Positions 9,447 to 18,663 of a stretch of DNA of 64,000 nucleotides are shown in pieces. The notes under the pieces were generated by a model, which saw only the letters and a program-made list of their open reading frames with translations, did not search any database and was not told the origin of the DNA. Source of the stretch: Halorarum halobium. Its GTDB lineage: Archaea; Halobacteriota; Halobacteria; Halobacteriales; Haloferacaceae. The position numbers were made by a program, and so were the translations under genes. The DNA lies in the NCBI RefSeq assembly GCF_032116555.1, contig NZ_CP134950.1, forward strand, positions 62,001 to 126,000, read 5' to 3'. Within the stretch, counting starts at the first letter, position 1; each line of letters begins with the position of its first letter.

Positions 9447-11471
9447 ATGACGCTCTCCGAATCAGCCATCCACAATCACTACCGTCGCGCCAAGCCCGTC
9501 TACGAGGCGCTGGCGACCGTCAAAGACTATCCTACGATTGGACTGAACGACTTTGTCGGGTGGTACATCAAGCGCGACCACGACGACGTCGAGGCGATCA
9601 AGGCCGGGTATCCGCAGCGCGGGCGGGTTGCCCGCCTGGATAGTGACTACGGCGAGATTCACAACCGCCTCGAACGGACCCTCTATGCGGTCACCACCTA
9701 CAAGACACCAACCGCCTTCCAGCGGTGGGAACCCTGTCGCTACGACGAGTCTGAGGGGACGACCGTCTGGCAGGATGAGCCTCCCACCCCTGGGTATGCC
9801 GACCTCCGGGCGGTCCCCGCCTGGGGCGACATCGACCTCGCCGACGACATCAAACCGCACCGTGGCGACCTCGATGCCGAGACGCAGTCGCTCGTCGAGC
9901 GTACGCTCGACGCCTACATCGAGGAGTATGCGACGCTCTACGGCACGCGGGACGCGGTGTATGCGTTGGACTCCGTCGGGGGTGCGTACGTCTTCGGGGC
10001 CCCAGAGGCCACGCTCCCGATTGCGGACCACTTCAGCGACGATCCGGATGCGCTCGAACGGGTGTTTGATGAGTTCCTCGACCGCTCGAACGCGTGGCTC
10101 CAGGAGGGAGAAGCCCGCGTGAACGAGGGCGTCGACGGCGCCGGCGACGTAATTCAGCCCGACTGGGTGAACAACAAGAATCGGCAGTACAAGCCGCCGC
10201 TGTCGGTTCACGCCGATCATGATGCCGTCGTCACGCCCCTCGCGACCGACGACGTCCGCTACGAACTCCGTCCGTTCGAGGCCGTCGACGATGCACTCAT
10301 CGAGCAGGCGGTCAGCTGGGCCGACGAGTTCACACGGGTTGAGCACACGGACTGCGTCGACTCACTGATCGCGACGCTCTGGCCGGATCTGTACGAGGAC
10401 CACGACGGGTGGCGGGCAACGCTTGAGGCGTGGGTCGAGGCGGAGCGCGAGCGGGAACGGGAGCGACAGCGACAGCGTGAGGCAGCGCTCCAACGACGCG
10501 AAGAGCGCCTGGCAGAACTCGACGGTGCCCTCGAAGGCCGACCTATTACGCCGTTCAAAGAGGACGTCTACGAGGCCGTTGAGAACGTCGATATCACCGA
10601 GATCGCCCGCCACTACGCGAGCGATGCCTACGATACGGATCCGAACCAGCCACGTCCCCAGTTCGACCCGTGCTGGCGTCACAGCGAGAGCGGGCAGTCC
10701 TGTTTCGTCGACGAGCAGGCCAACACCTTCGGCGATTCGAAGGTGAACGCCGGTGGCGGGCCGGCGAAACTGATAGCGCTCGCGACGGGGATTCTCTCCG
10801 ACGCCGATACAGACCTTGACGGGGAGGACTATTGGGTTGCCGTCGACGAACTGCGGAGCGCCGGCTTCGACATTCCAGTGTGGGTTCCAGAGGCCGGGGC
10901 AGACCGCGTCGACGGTGGGACCTACGACCAGATGCCCTTCTGGGCCGTTCGGAAAGCGGCTGTCGCACTCGATATTTGTCCCGAAGACGCGTTCGTCGAT
11001 CGCGAGGGAGAGGATGGGACCTACGAGGGATTCCCCGGGTACGAAACCTACAACGAAACGCTGGAAGCCATCGAAGAAGCGGGCCTGAACCACGGCCGAG
11101 AGCCAGTCACTCCCGAGGAGGACACAGCTGACGATGAATCGAAGTCACCCGCCGAATCTCCTCCGAGCGACGAGCGACCCGGTGACCTGGACCGGGCTCA
11201 TCTTCGCGAAAAGAACCGGCTGTTGACAGCGAAGGTCGAGCGTCTCGAGTCTGAACTGGAGGAGAGATCGGAGCGAATCGAGGATCTGGAAGCGGAGGTT
11301 GACCAGCTCCGAACGGAGCTCGCGACCGTCCGCTCCGAGCGTGACCGATTGGAGGCTGCTCTCGAAGAACGCGAATTCGAGCAGGAGGGAAGCGAAGAGA
11401 GAAAAACGGATGAAATCGATGAAAAATCATCCATTGACAAGGTGAGACAGCTTGTTTCATTTGACCGGTAG
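9447..11471 (+). CDS. Archaeo-eukaryotic primase (prim-pol)-like protein with degenerate Zn-finger-like domain and C-terminal coiled coil
   Basis: WGDIDLAD (DxD motif I), DSVGGAYVF (motif II-like), RQYKPPLSVH; heptad-rich C-terminus. Confidence 0.65.
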   Translation: MTLSESAIHNHYRRAKPVYEALATVKDYPTIGLNDFVGWYIKRDHDDVEAIKAGYPQRGRVARLDSDYGEIHNRLERTLYAVTTYKTPTAFQRWEPCRYDESEGTTVWQDEPPTPGYADLRAVPAWGDIDLADDIKPHRGDLDAETQSLVERTLDAYIEEYATLYGTRDAVYALDSVGGAYVFGAPEATLPIADHFSDDPDALERVFDEFLDRSNAWLQEGEARVNEGVDGAGDVIQPDWVNNKNRQYKPPLSVHADHDAVVTPLATDDVRYELRPFEAVDDALIEQAVSWADEFTRVEHTDCVDSLIATLWPDLYEDHDGWRATLEAWVEAERERERERQRQREAALQRREERLAELDGALEGRPITPFKEDVYEAVENVDITEIARHYASDAYDTDPNQPRPQFDPCWRHSESGQSCFVDEQANTFGDSKVNAGGGPAKLIALATGILSDADTDLDGEDYWVAVDELRSAGFDIPVWVPEAGADRVDGGTYDQMPFWAVRKAAVALDICPEDAFVDREGEDGTYEGFPGYETYNETLEAIEEAGLNHGREPVTPEEDTADDESKSPAESPPSDERPGDLDRAHLREKNRLLTAKVERLESELEERSERIEDLEAEVDQLRTELATVRSERDRLEAALEEREFEQEGSEERKTDEIDEKSSIDKVRQLVSFDR

Positions 11472-11484
11472 AAGAGAAAGAGCA

Positions 11485-12204
11485 CTATTTGCATGATGCG
11501 CGAACCGTGTATTCGGTCCGGAGTCCGTCTTCAGTATCGAAGTTCGCGAACACTGTTCCTCGTGGGAGGTTAATAAGCCGTCCAACATTGTAGAGGTCCA
11601 TACCTGAGGGGACAGCGTTGACCGCGAACATAATGGCTGCAGTTGCCGATATGAGACCGTCCGTCATCCACATCAAGCCACCACAGATCAGGCTTAGACA
11701 GACGAAAGGAGCGGCCAACATGAGGATATTTTCCCAGCGCTGGATGCCTTGAGTGTAGGCAACGACACTCGGGCTAGGAACACCGTAGAACGATGTCCAT
11801 TCGAATGAAGGATTGAGACCACGGAAGTAGCCAGTCACGTAATGAATCCCCTCATGAATTGCGATAATCGCAATAGATGAGGCGATTATCCAGCCACACA
11901 ATCCGCACAGTACTAGCGCGATATACGCGAACGGATGGTTCGACAGTCCGCTCTGTCCGAGAGCCTCCGCCCAACCTGTTAGCACCATCGTTCCCGAATC
12001 CAACGGTTGTTTGATTAGAGCCACTACAGGCGGAATAAGTAGAATAGCGATGCCGAGCCCCCAGCGCTCGTCACTCGTGTAGATTTTCGGTGGACTATAG
12101 CCTGTAGGAGGCCATCCATCTGGGTTCGACTCGTCCACCCCGGTTGTCGATATCGTTGCAATCACACTAGAACGACCTCCCATAATTAACCGTCCAAGAG
12201 GCAA
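11485..12204 (-). CDS. Membrane zincin metalloprotease (DUF3267-like)
   Basis: HEGIH in a TM helix, LAAPF and N...S..D motifs; lower GC. Confidence 0.7.
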   Translation of the reverse strand: MPLGRLIMGGRSSVIATISTTGVDESNPDGWPPTGYSPPKIYTSDERWGLGIAILLIPPVVALIKQPLDSGTMVLTGWAEALGQSGLSNHPFAYIALVLCGLCGWIIASSIAIIAIHEGIHYVTGYFRGLNPSFEWTSFYGVPSPSVVAYTQGIQRWENILMLAAPFVCLSLICGGLMWMTDGLISATAAIMFAVNAVPSGMDLYNVGRLINLPRGTVFANFDTEDGLRTEYTVRASCK

Positions 12205-12472
12205 GAATCCACAAACCGAGGACGATGTTTATTAGGAAAATTAGAACGTTCCATCCTGTAATTGGTGGAATCCACAACGGTAGAAGTGTTTCAATATAGA
12301 CTTCTACGACGACCGGAAGCATCTCCGTTCGCTGAGGTACACTACTGAAGACATCCAACCAGACGAGAAGAAGCTGGCCGGCTGTTGTGATGCCACCAGC
12401 AATCCCATATGCGTAGAGTGCCTGTCGGCTGAATAGACTGCCCAAGAAATAATTGACCGTTCGGGTTCTCAT
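12167..12472 (-). CDS. Small membrane protein
   Basis: Two hydrophobic segments in ORF 12167..12568; start uncertain (MRTRTV). Confidence 0.4.
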   Translation of the reverse strand: MRTRTVNYFLGSLFSRQALYAYGIAGGITTAGQLLLVWLDVFSSVPQRTEMLPVVVEVYIETLLPLWIPPITGWNVLIFLINIVLGLWILASWTVNYGRSF

Positions 12473-12686
12473 AGTTCCCTCCACATAGCCTCGAGTGTTT
12501 TGACGCCGGTCGGCCAAGCAGTCGTGTTCCTGAACATCGACATCGCAAGAGAAGTGTGGGAGAAACATATAAATGGGGGAAGTTTAAACTGAATTATGAT
12601 TTGCAGAGGGGTCTGCATATTTACGTTTCCGACGGTAGGTTCCTTGCATAGTGGCCTGCACAACCCCCTGCCCAAGTTCATAACAC

Positions 12687-13285
12687 ATGAGCGATCAATT
12701 AGACGAGTTTCAAACCGAATACGACCGGGCTGATCAAGATACAAAACGAGCGATTGGTGAATATCTATATCGACGCCCAGCACAGTGGGTCGCCAAGCAA
12801 GAGATCGCTGAGGTGTTCGAGATCGACCCGAGTGTTGCTGGTCGGCATATTGATGACTTCTATGAAGATGGATTCGTGGTCACAAGCACGGACAGAAACA
12901 CGCTCAATGGGACGGTCGAGGTGCCGGAGGGATTCGATATTGGTTACGAGAATTAGTTCCGCAGCAGCTTTGGATGGCAGGTAGCGAACTGCGCCCTCTA
13001 TTTACTTTAGAATCGCTTGGTGGGGCCTACGTGCCGACGTTACTGTTTGGTGTATTGGTCTTGATGGGGTTCATAACCGGTCTCTTCGCCGTACTCGTGG
13101 CCTATCTCCCAACAGACTCAGCACTAGGCGTGACAGTTACGGATTTGGTTTTTCTATCGGGGATTATTACAGTCATGGCATCAGTATTTCTACTTCTGGT
13201 GCCCTTTGCCAGATTGCTCGAAGTTGCCCTCGTGAAGGCTTGGAACTGGGGGGTAGTTCTGGCGAAAAATGAAAGTCAGGATTAA
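12687..13285 (+). pseudogene. Frameshifted winged-HTH + two-TM membrane regulator
   Basis: HTH (QEIAEVFEIDPSVAGRHIDDF) in one frame; the frame of the 12974 membrane ORF is open back to about 12866 (GQKHAQWDGRG...), so a shift near 12890 joins them. Confidence 0.55.
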
Positions 13286-13664
13286 TGGGGATCAGAGTTC
13301 CCAGACACCAGAGTCAAGATCCACATGACACCAGCCAAGGGACAGACTCATTCTGCACTACGAAACCACCTGACGGCAGCACTAGACAGCACTTGGCAGA
13401 CCAGTATGTTTCCAGTCAGCAGATCGAACCTGTGTCAGGTACTACCGTCTTGCGATTTTACGGAGAATTTAGCCACTAGACAGCAGGAAAATCAACCGAT
13501 ATATGGTGGGGGTGGCCGCCCAAAGTTGCGTTCGCGGCCACCTGGGCCGAGGTGCCAGGCCGCAGGCCAAGCGAGAGTAGGCTGCCACCCAGACGATGGC
13601 GTTGGGGCGTGGAGGGTGAGGGAGCAGGTCGACATCGTGCCTAAGAATTGATGACTGTGGTGAC

Positions 13665-13696
13665 TGTTTTTTCTGCCCCGGAATGGGGTGCGGGGC
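13665..13696 (+). promoter_or_regulatory. T-tract + GC hairpin upstream element, copy 1
   Basis: TGTTTTTTCT GCCCCG GAATGGGGTG CGGGGC, 26 nt before ATG 13722. Confidence 0.7.
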
Positions 13697-13721
13697 GGTT
13701 CCTGTGCTGCCCCTGATTCAT

Positions 13722-14012
13722 ATGCCTGGTCCGGATAGATACGACGATACGGCAGACGATCACGAACGGTTTGAGGCGGAATTGCTCGCTCAGGATCGGG
13801 ATGCGCGGTCACCATCGACGTCAGATCTCGACGACGAGACTGCCCGACAGCTGGTTCGAAAGCTACTCGATGCCGGAACGGTCACACCGATCGTCGACCA
13901 GCGGCTCCTCGTTCACGAGCCCAGCGACACAGCGTTCGAATCGATGCAGCAGCTCGCCGTCTTCCACACGGGCTGGACGGCCGCCCACGACGCCGGCGAG
14001 GCGGACGAATGA
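13722..14012 (+). CDS. Hypothetical protein
   Basis: Acidic ORF after the hairpin element; overlaps the next gene (ATGA). Confidence 0.7.
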   Translation: MPGPDRYDDTADDHERFEAELLAQDRDARSPSTSDLDDETARQLVRKLLDAGTVTPIVDQRLLVHEPSDTAFESMQQLAVFHTGWTAAHDAGEADE

Positions 14013-14338
14013 GGCAGCAGACGCTGGCCGGCTGTGCCTTCTGTGAGGCGCCACCCGGGACAGAGACCGGGATTTCCTACACGTGGGGGAAAGAAGAGCG
14101 GGTCAGCCACCCGATTTGTGTCGACTGTGCGATTCAGGAGACAGCAAATCCCGACGAGTGTGATCACTACGCCTGTGATAGCTGTGGCCTCGTCGTCGAC
14201 GCGCTCGCAGCGCTTGCACGGTTTCGGATCGAACTCGGCCATCTCGAAGGCCCGATACAGGTCTGTGCACGGTGTAGTCCAGGCGGGCCGGCAACGTACT
14301 GGACGCGCGACCTCGACGCGCACATCGTCACGAATTGA
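14009..14338 (+). CDS. Cys-rich zinc-finger protein
   Basis: Four CxxC pairs. Confidence 0.75.
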   Translation: MRQQTLAGCAFCEAPPGTETGISYTWGKEERVSHPICVDCAIQETANPDECDHYACDSCGLVVDALAALARFRIELGHLEGPIQVCARCSPGGPATYWTRDLDAHIVTN

Positions 14339-14486
14339 GGTGCTTGGCGGTCGTCCACACGAGTGGAACGGCCCCACGGCGGTAGATCCACAGCTGCCCG
14401 TGGCTACACCATCCTACGCCCCAACAGCGCTGTTTGTGTCGCTGTCCGGTCGCTCCGCTATCTTCAACAGACGGGCGCTCCTCGGG

Positions 14487-14843
14487 ATGACTATGGACTG
14501 CCCCGCGTGCGGGTCCCCAGTCACCCTCAAGGTCGGACCGGACCGGCCGCTTTCGACGTCGTTGTCCGACGCCGTCCTTGCAGCCGAAGAGGACGAGCAT
14601 ATCGAAGTGACCCGAGACTGTTGGGACTGTGGCTGGCACGAAACGCGGGCGCTTCGCGTCACATCGATCGACACGACCGCCGGCGACGAGACTGCCGTCG
14701 AGCGAGCCGCGTTCATCGACGAGATTACCGATGAGCTCGCGGCGATCGGGAGTGTGGATACGCTCGAGGAGACGCTGGCTGCGATCCGCCGGCAACGAGC
14801 AACGAACCCGGCGACGACCGATACGGACGACCCCACGGAGTGA
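14487..14843 (+). CDS. Zinc-ribbon protein (CPxCG)
   Basis: CPACG and CWDCG motifs. Confidence 0.7.
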   Translation: MTMDCPACGSPVTLKVGPDRPLSTSLSDAVLAAEEDEHIEVTRDCWDCGWHETRALRVTSIDTTAGDETAVERAAFIDEITDELAAIGSVDTLEETLAAIRRQRATNPATTDTDDPTE

Positions 14844-14849
14844 CCCGAC

Positions 14850-15179
14850 ATGCCTGATGCTGAGCCCTGCTATAACGTTCGTGAGCAAACCGGGAATCCC
14901 GAGCACGCATCGGTCGACGATGTGGTCGACCTCGTGATCCATCGGGCGCAGAACCCGCGAACCGAGCACGAGGATGCGCATTTCGATACGGCAGTCGCGG
15001 CTCTCGTCGACAGATACGGAACGGAGTCGGTCCGGACCGTCATCCACTGCATCCTCGTCGACGACGAGCCGTTCCGGACCGCCACGAACGGTCTTGAGAT
15101 GCGTAACATCGACGGCGTTCGGATCGGGACGGCAGCCAGCTGGTTCCTCGAGGAGCTGAACGCACAGGCCGACAGCTGA
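14850..15179 (+). CDS. Hypothetical protein
   Basis: Acidic ORF, operonic spacing. Confidence 0.7.
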   Translation: MPDAEPCYNVREQTGNPEHASVDDVVDLVIHRAQNPRTEHEDAHFDTAVAALVDRYGTESVRTVIHCILVDDEPFRTATNGLEMRNIDGVRIGTAASWFLEELNAQADS

Positions 15180-15263
15180 GGGGCCGTTTGAAAGCCCGCG
15201 ATGAGGGGCCTTCTATCCCCCATTTTTAACCCCTCTTCGCCCTACGTCCCCGTCGAGACTATA

Positions 15264-15524
15264 ATGGCGCCCTCCACTCCGAAAGGCTCAGATCCATCCC
15301 CCGATCTACTCGTTGAACTCGTCGAGATACTGGACGCCCACGGGTTGGCAGGTGATTCGTATCAGCTCCACGACGCCGTCGACGTCGACGCACTCGAACA
15401 GCTTCTTGCATCCTCGACCGGCGATGTCGAGATCCGGCTCACCGTTGAGGGGGTCCAACTCGTCATCACCCACGACGGCGTTGACGTCCTTCTTGACGAG
15501 TCGAACGGGGCACCGGACCAATAG
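15264..15524 (+). CDS. HalOD1 output-domain protein
   Basis: LHDAVDVDALEQLL...IRLTVEG...V...G pattern. Confidence 0.7.
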   Translation: MAPSTPKGSDPSPDLLVELVEILDAHGLAGDSYQLHDAVDVDALEQLLASSTGDVEIRLTVEGVQLVITHDGVDVLLDESNGAPDQ

Positions 15525-15557
15525 CACGATCGGAGTCTCCCACAACGACCCTCCCTG

Positions 15558-15670
15558 AAAGCCCTCGGCCGCTCGGCATCCCGCGACCACCGCTGCGCTC
15601 CTCGTGCCTGCGGTGCTTGCGGAGTCGGGGGACGACCGAGGCGGCCTCGCCCTTTCTGAGTCCGCCAGGG
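15558..15670. repeat. Haloarchaeal interspersed palindromic repeat (short mobile repeat/MITE-like)
   Basis: GAAAGCCC...GCTGCGCTCCTCG...TGCGGTGCTTGCG...CGCCCTTTC...GTCCGCCAGG, an imperfect palindrome of a type I recognise from haloarchaeal intergenic regions. Confidence 0.55.
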
Positions 15671-15699
15671 CAGTAGCTGGATCGCCGAGTGTCGCGGCC

Positions 15700-16200
15700 G
15701 GCTGGTCAAGGTGTGTATGTGACGGCCCGCACCGCTCGCCGCGTTCCGCCCTCCGCGTCGCTCGCGACCGACCATTCCGGGCTGCCTGCCTGCAGTAGCG
15801 GGCGGGCTGCCGGGCTAAAATGAATCTGGTCTCGACGCCAGCGGGTATCCCCGTCGGTTGCGCCCCTCGCGGGCTTTCGCGTTCCAGCGCTTTGTGCCGC
15901 CTGCGCTGTCGCGCGCCACACCGCGGCGCGCGTTCTCGGCGACAGTCGCGCTGGACACGGACCCGCAGTCCGGGCCGGACACGAGCGGGCATACTCCGCT
16001 GGCTGCTCGCTCCGGGCGGGTCGGCGCGCGGTGCTGGTTGGGGCCACCTCATGCAGGCGCGCTCTCGCTCGCGCCCGGGAGGGCGCTCGCGAAGGCGCGA
16101 GCGAGAGCGCGCAGTCGGTGCTATCGGTCGTCGACGTCGTCGGAAAACCGCGATGTAGTAGCATCGCGGTGGCGGCGCGCGAGCGCCTTCGGATCAGTGA
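15700..16200. other. Extremely GC-rich, multi-hairpin non-coding region (candidate oriT / single-strand origin / ssDNA promoter)
   Basis: No acidic ORF; perfect 19-bp stem 16057-16075/16094-16112 and several other stems; directly upstream of the SSB gene. Confidence 0.5.
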
Positions 16201-16206
16201 GATCCA

Positions 16207-17067
16207 ATGTCTAGTAAGAACTCGAGTCGCAAGGTCGTTACGGTCGATGAACAGGCATTCGAACGAACCGAAGACGCGGGCGTCGACGAGGACGGCTTCG
16301 AGGTCGTCGACGACCGGCCGGAGTTCCGGGCGACGGTCCAGCAAGAAACGCAGGCGAAGGTGGATTCCAACCACCCCGACGGCATCGTCCAGGACTTCTC
16401 GCACCTGCCCCTCGCGCAGGAAGAGAAGATTCGCGCCCGGGAGGCCGAACTGGAGCACATCAGCGCCCAGGCGGAACTCGGCACCCAAGAGGGCCGGGCG
16501 AAGCGAACCCGCGAAGTCGTCACCGAACAGCGGCAGCGCACGCGGGCGGAACGTACCCCGGATCGAACGGATCCGCGCGAGCGCCTCTCCCGGATGGAAC
16601 TGGCGAAGGTGAACCAGGAAGCAGACCGGATCGCACAGCGGCTTCGGACGGACCACAGTCGGGCGGCCGTCTCCCGGGTGCTTGCAAGACGGGTCGCACG
16701 GGGTCAGGACATCACCGAAGCGGTGTTCGCGACGATGGACGAACTGAAGGCGGCCCCCGGCGCGATCTGCCCGATCGAGGACGTCCCGGACGTGCAGACC
16801 GACGAGGTGAGCATCGAGGGGACCGTGATCGAACTTTGGGAGCCCAGCTCCCCAAAGATCGAACAAGTCGGCCTCATCGCAGACGAAACCGGGCGCACGA
16901 AGTTCACCAGCTGGGTGAAGTCCGATCCTCGGATTGTCCGTGAAGGAGAGAAAGTGCGGATGCGTGCAGTCAAGAAGAATTGGCATCAGGGGCGCTGTTC
17001 CTTGGCCGTGACCTACGACAGTATGATTGTCTTCCCAGAGCGCGACGACCGCTGGTGGGAAGAGTAG
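16207..17067 (+). CDS. RPA/SSB-like OB-fold single-stranded DNA-binding protein
   Basis: VSIEGTVIELWEP...QVGLIADETGRTKFTSW...EGEKVR OB-fold signature. Confidence 0.85.
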   Translation: MSSKNSSRKVVTVDEQAFERTEDAGVDEDGFEVVDDRPEFRATVQQETQAKVDSNHPDGIVQDFSHLPLAQEEKIRAREAELEHISAQAELGTQEGRAKRTREVVTEQRQRTRAERTPDRTDPRERLSRMELAKVNQEADRIAQRLRTDHSRAAVSRVLARRVARGQDITEAVFATMDELKAAPGAICPIEDVPDVQTDEVSIEGTVIELWEPSSPKIEQVGLIADETGRTKFTSWVKSDPRIVREGEKVRMRAVKKNWHQGRCSLAVTYDSMIVFPERDDRWWEE

Positions 17068-17087
17068 GGGCAACGCCCCTCCTTTTT
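17066..17087 (+). terminator. Hairpin + T-tract terminator after ssb
   Basis: AGGGGC-AAC-GCCCCT followed by CCTTTTT. Confidence 0.5.
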
Positions 17088-17276
17088 CTGGTGAGTGCCA
17101 GACCGGCCCAAGCCCCGCCGCCCCACCCACCGCTCCGTGCTCGCTCCCTGCGGTCGCTGCGCGCGCAGCCACAACCTCGGGTACGGGTCCAACATTTATC
17201 AGTAAAACCAGGGGGAATCGGTGCGCGAATCAGCGTGTCGTTTCACGCCAAAATGGATGTGGGCGCGTTCCCGACA

Positions 17277-17810
17277 TTACAGTTCCGGTTGTGCAAGCAT
17301 TCCCTCAAGCTCGCATTGGACGAACGCGTTCAGGATTACCTCCCGCGCTCGGTCGTCTTGGACTTCGCCCAGCACGTGCTGGTTGCGGGGGAAGTCCAAG
17401 AGTTCGAAGACCTCGGGGAAGGTGTCCTCCATCCCGGTGATCTCAGCGAAACGGTCGAACTGGAAGCATTTCAGCGTGATGTCGTCCTGATTGGTCTGTT
17501 CGATGGGGACGAACCGTACGGCCGGGACGAGGATGTGGCCGAGGAGAACGCGGTCCAGTTTTTTCTTGTGAAGGACGCCGTACCCGCCACGCGAGGACAG
17601 ATCCACGAGGTTGTTGATGGCTCCGCGACCTGACCGGTTCGAGGCGTCGATCTCCTCGCTGTCGAGCGATTCGTCTGTTCCGTAGTCTAGGGGGCCGATC
17701 CCGTCATTCAACAATTCGTCGATAACCGTATCCGAAACGCCGGGGTTCGCTCGGCTGGTGACGATCATCGGTTCCGTGCTGCCGGCGACGGCGGGGTGTT
17801 CGACGGACAT
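17277..17810 (-). CDS. Hypothetical protein
   Basis: Acidic 177-aa ORF with AT-rich divergent promoter region 17820-17995. Confidence 0.55.
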   Translation of the reverse strand: MSVEHPAVAGSTEPMIVTSRANPGVSDTVIDELLNDGIGPLDYGTDESLDSEEIDASNRSGRGAINNLVDLSSRGGYGVLHKKKLDRVLLGHILVPAVRFVPIEQTNQDDITLKCFQFDRFAEITGMEDTFPEVFELLDFPRNQHVLGEVQDDRAREVILNAFVQCELEGMLAQPEL

Positions 17811-17997
17811 CGCGTTCTGCCCTAACTATCCCTTTAATATTAATTCTTGCGGTAGAAGGGTCTAAAGTCCGTTCTAAGGTGTTCTCAATTTTTTAACTAC
17901 TCAAAACACCTTATAACGTGCTGAAGTCGTAGATAATTCGGAAATAGGGTTCAGGATATACCATATTTTTATGGGATACGGGGTGTTCTAGCCGTAT

Positions 17998-18627
17998 ATG
18001 CCGGTAGAACTTAGCTGGGAAGGGCTCCACGACCGGATCGCACGCCACGGCCTGTATTGGATGAACAGCGGCCATCCATCCCTGGACCGGGACGCCGTCC
18101 GGGAAGCCTGGGCCGACACGAGCACCATCACCATCTCCGACTGGGGAATCAAGGAGAACACTGGCCGCACACTCACTGAACCAGAGTTCCGCAACGACGA
18201 CGGAACCCTCAACCGCGACGCCGTCCGCAACATCCTGATCGAGAGCAGCTTCACCGACGACGAGGGGAACCCAGAGACGCGTCGCGCCGGACAGGTGGCC
18301 GGCGTCCTACTCCGGTTCTGTAACGACATGACGGAAGGAACGCCGGTCCTCGTCAACCTTCCCGAAGATACGTTCGGTGCCTGCGTTGTCACTGGCGACT
18401 GGGAGCTCGACGAAGACCACCCCGTGAGGGAAGAAGATGAACACCACATCTACGCCCGCCGCGTCAGCTGGCTACGCCACGACCGCAGCATCGCTCAGTT
18501 CGACCGAGACATCCTGCCGGAAAGCCTTCACAACATCCCCGACCTGACGAACGCCCAGATACGGGGGGACCGCCTCGACGACCTCGTCGACATCGCGCAG
18601 GTCACGGACTTCCTTGCGGCGGACTGA
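17998..18627 (+). CDS. Stand-alone Mrr/McrB N-terminal-like (PUA/EVE-like) domain protein
   Basis: I..WG...RFCNDMTEG.PV......GACVVTGDW......H...RRVSW pattern. Confidence 0.55.
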   Translation: MPVELSWEGLHDRIARHGLYWMNSGHPSLDRDAVREAWADTSTITISDWGIKENTGRTLTEPEFRNDDGTLNRDAVRNILIESSFTDDEGNPETRRAGQVAGVLLRFCNDMTEGTPVLVNLPEDTFGACVVTGDWELDEDHPVREEDEHHIYARRVSWLRHDRSIAQFDRDILPESLHNIPDLTNAQIRGDRLDDLVDIAQVTDFLAAD

Positions 18628-18663
18628 GCAGCGTCGACTTCGCCCTCGATTGGATGGCGTGAT

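Noticed and set aside
1125..11460. Numerous antisense ORFs over the transfer operon
   Set aside because: Shadow ORFs typical of high-GC haloarchaeal codon usage; the sense ORFs carry the recognisable motifs.
15306..17172. Long minus-strand ORFs (248 aa and 488 aa) and + ORFs across 15700-16200
   Set aside because: Arg/Ala/Pro-rich and non-acidic; they reflect stop-poor GC-rich structured DNA and the antisense of ssb.
16980..17633. 217-aa + strand ORF
   Set aside because: Overlaps ssb, its terminator and the more plausible minus-strand ORF 17277..17810; strand choice is not fully certain.
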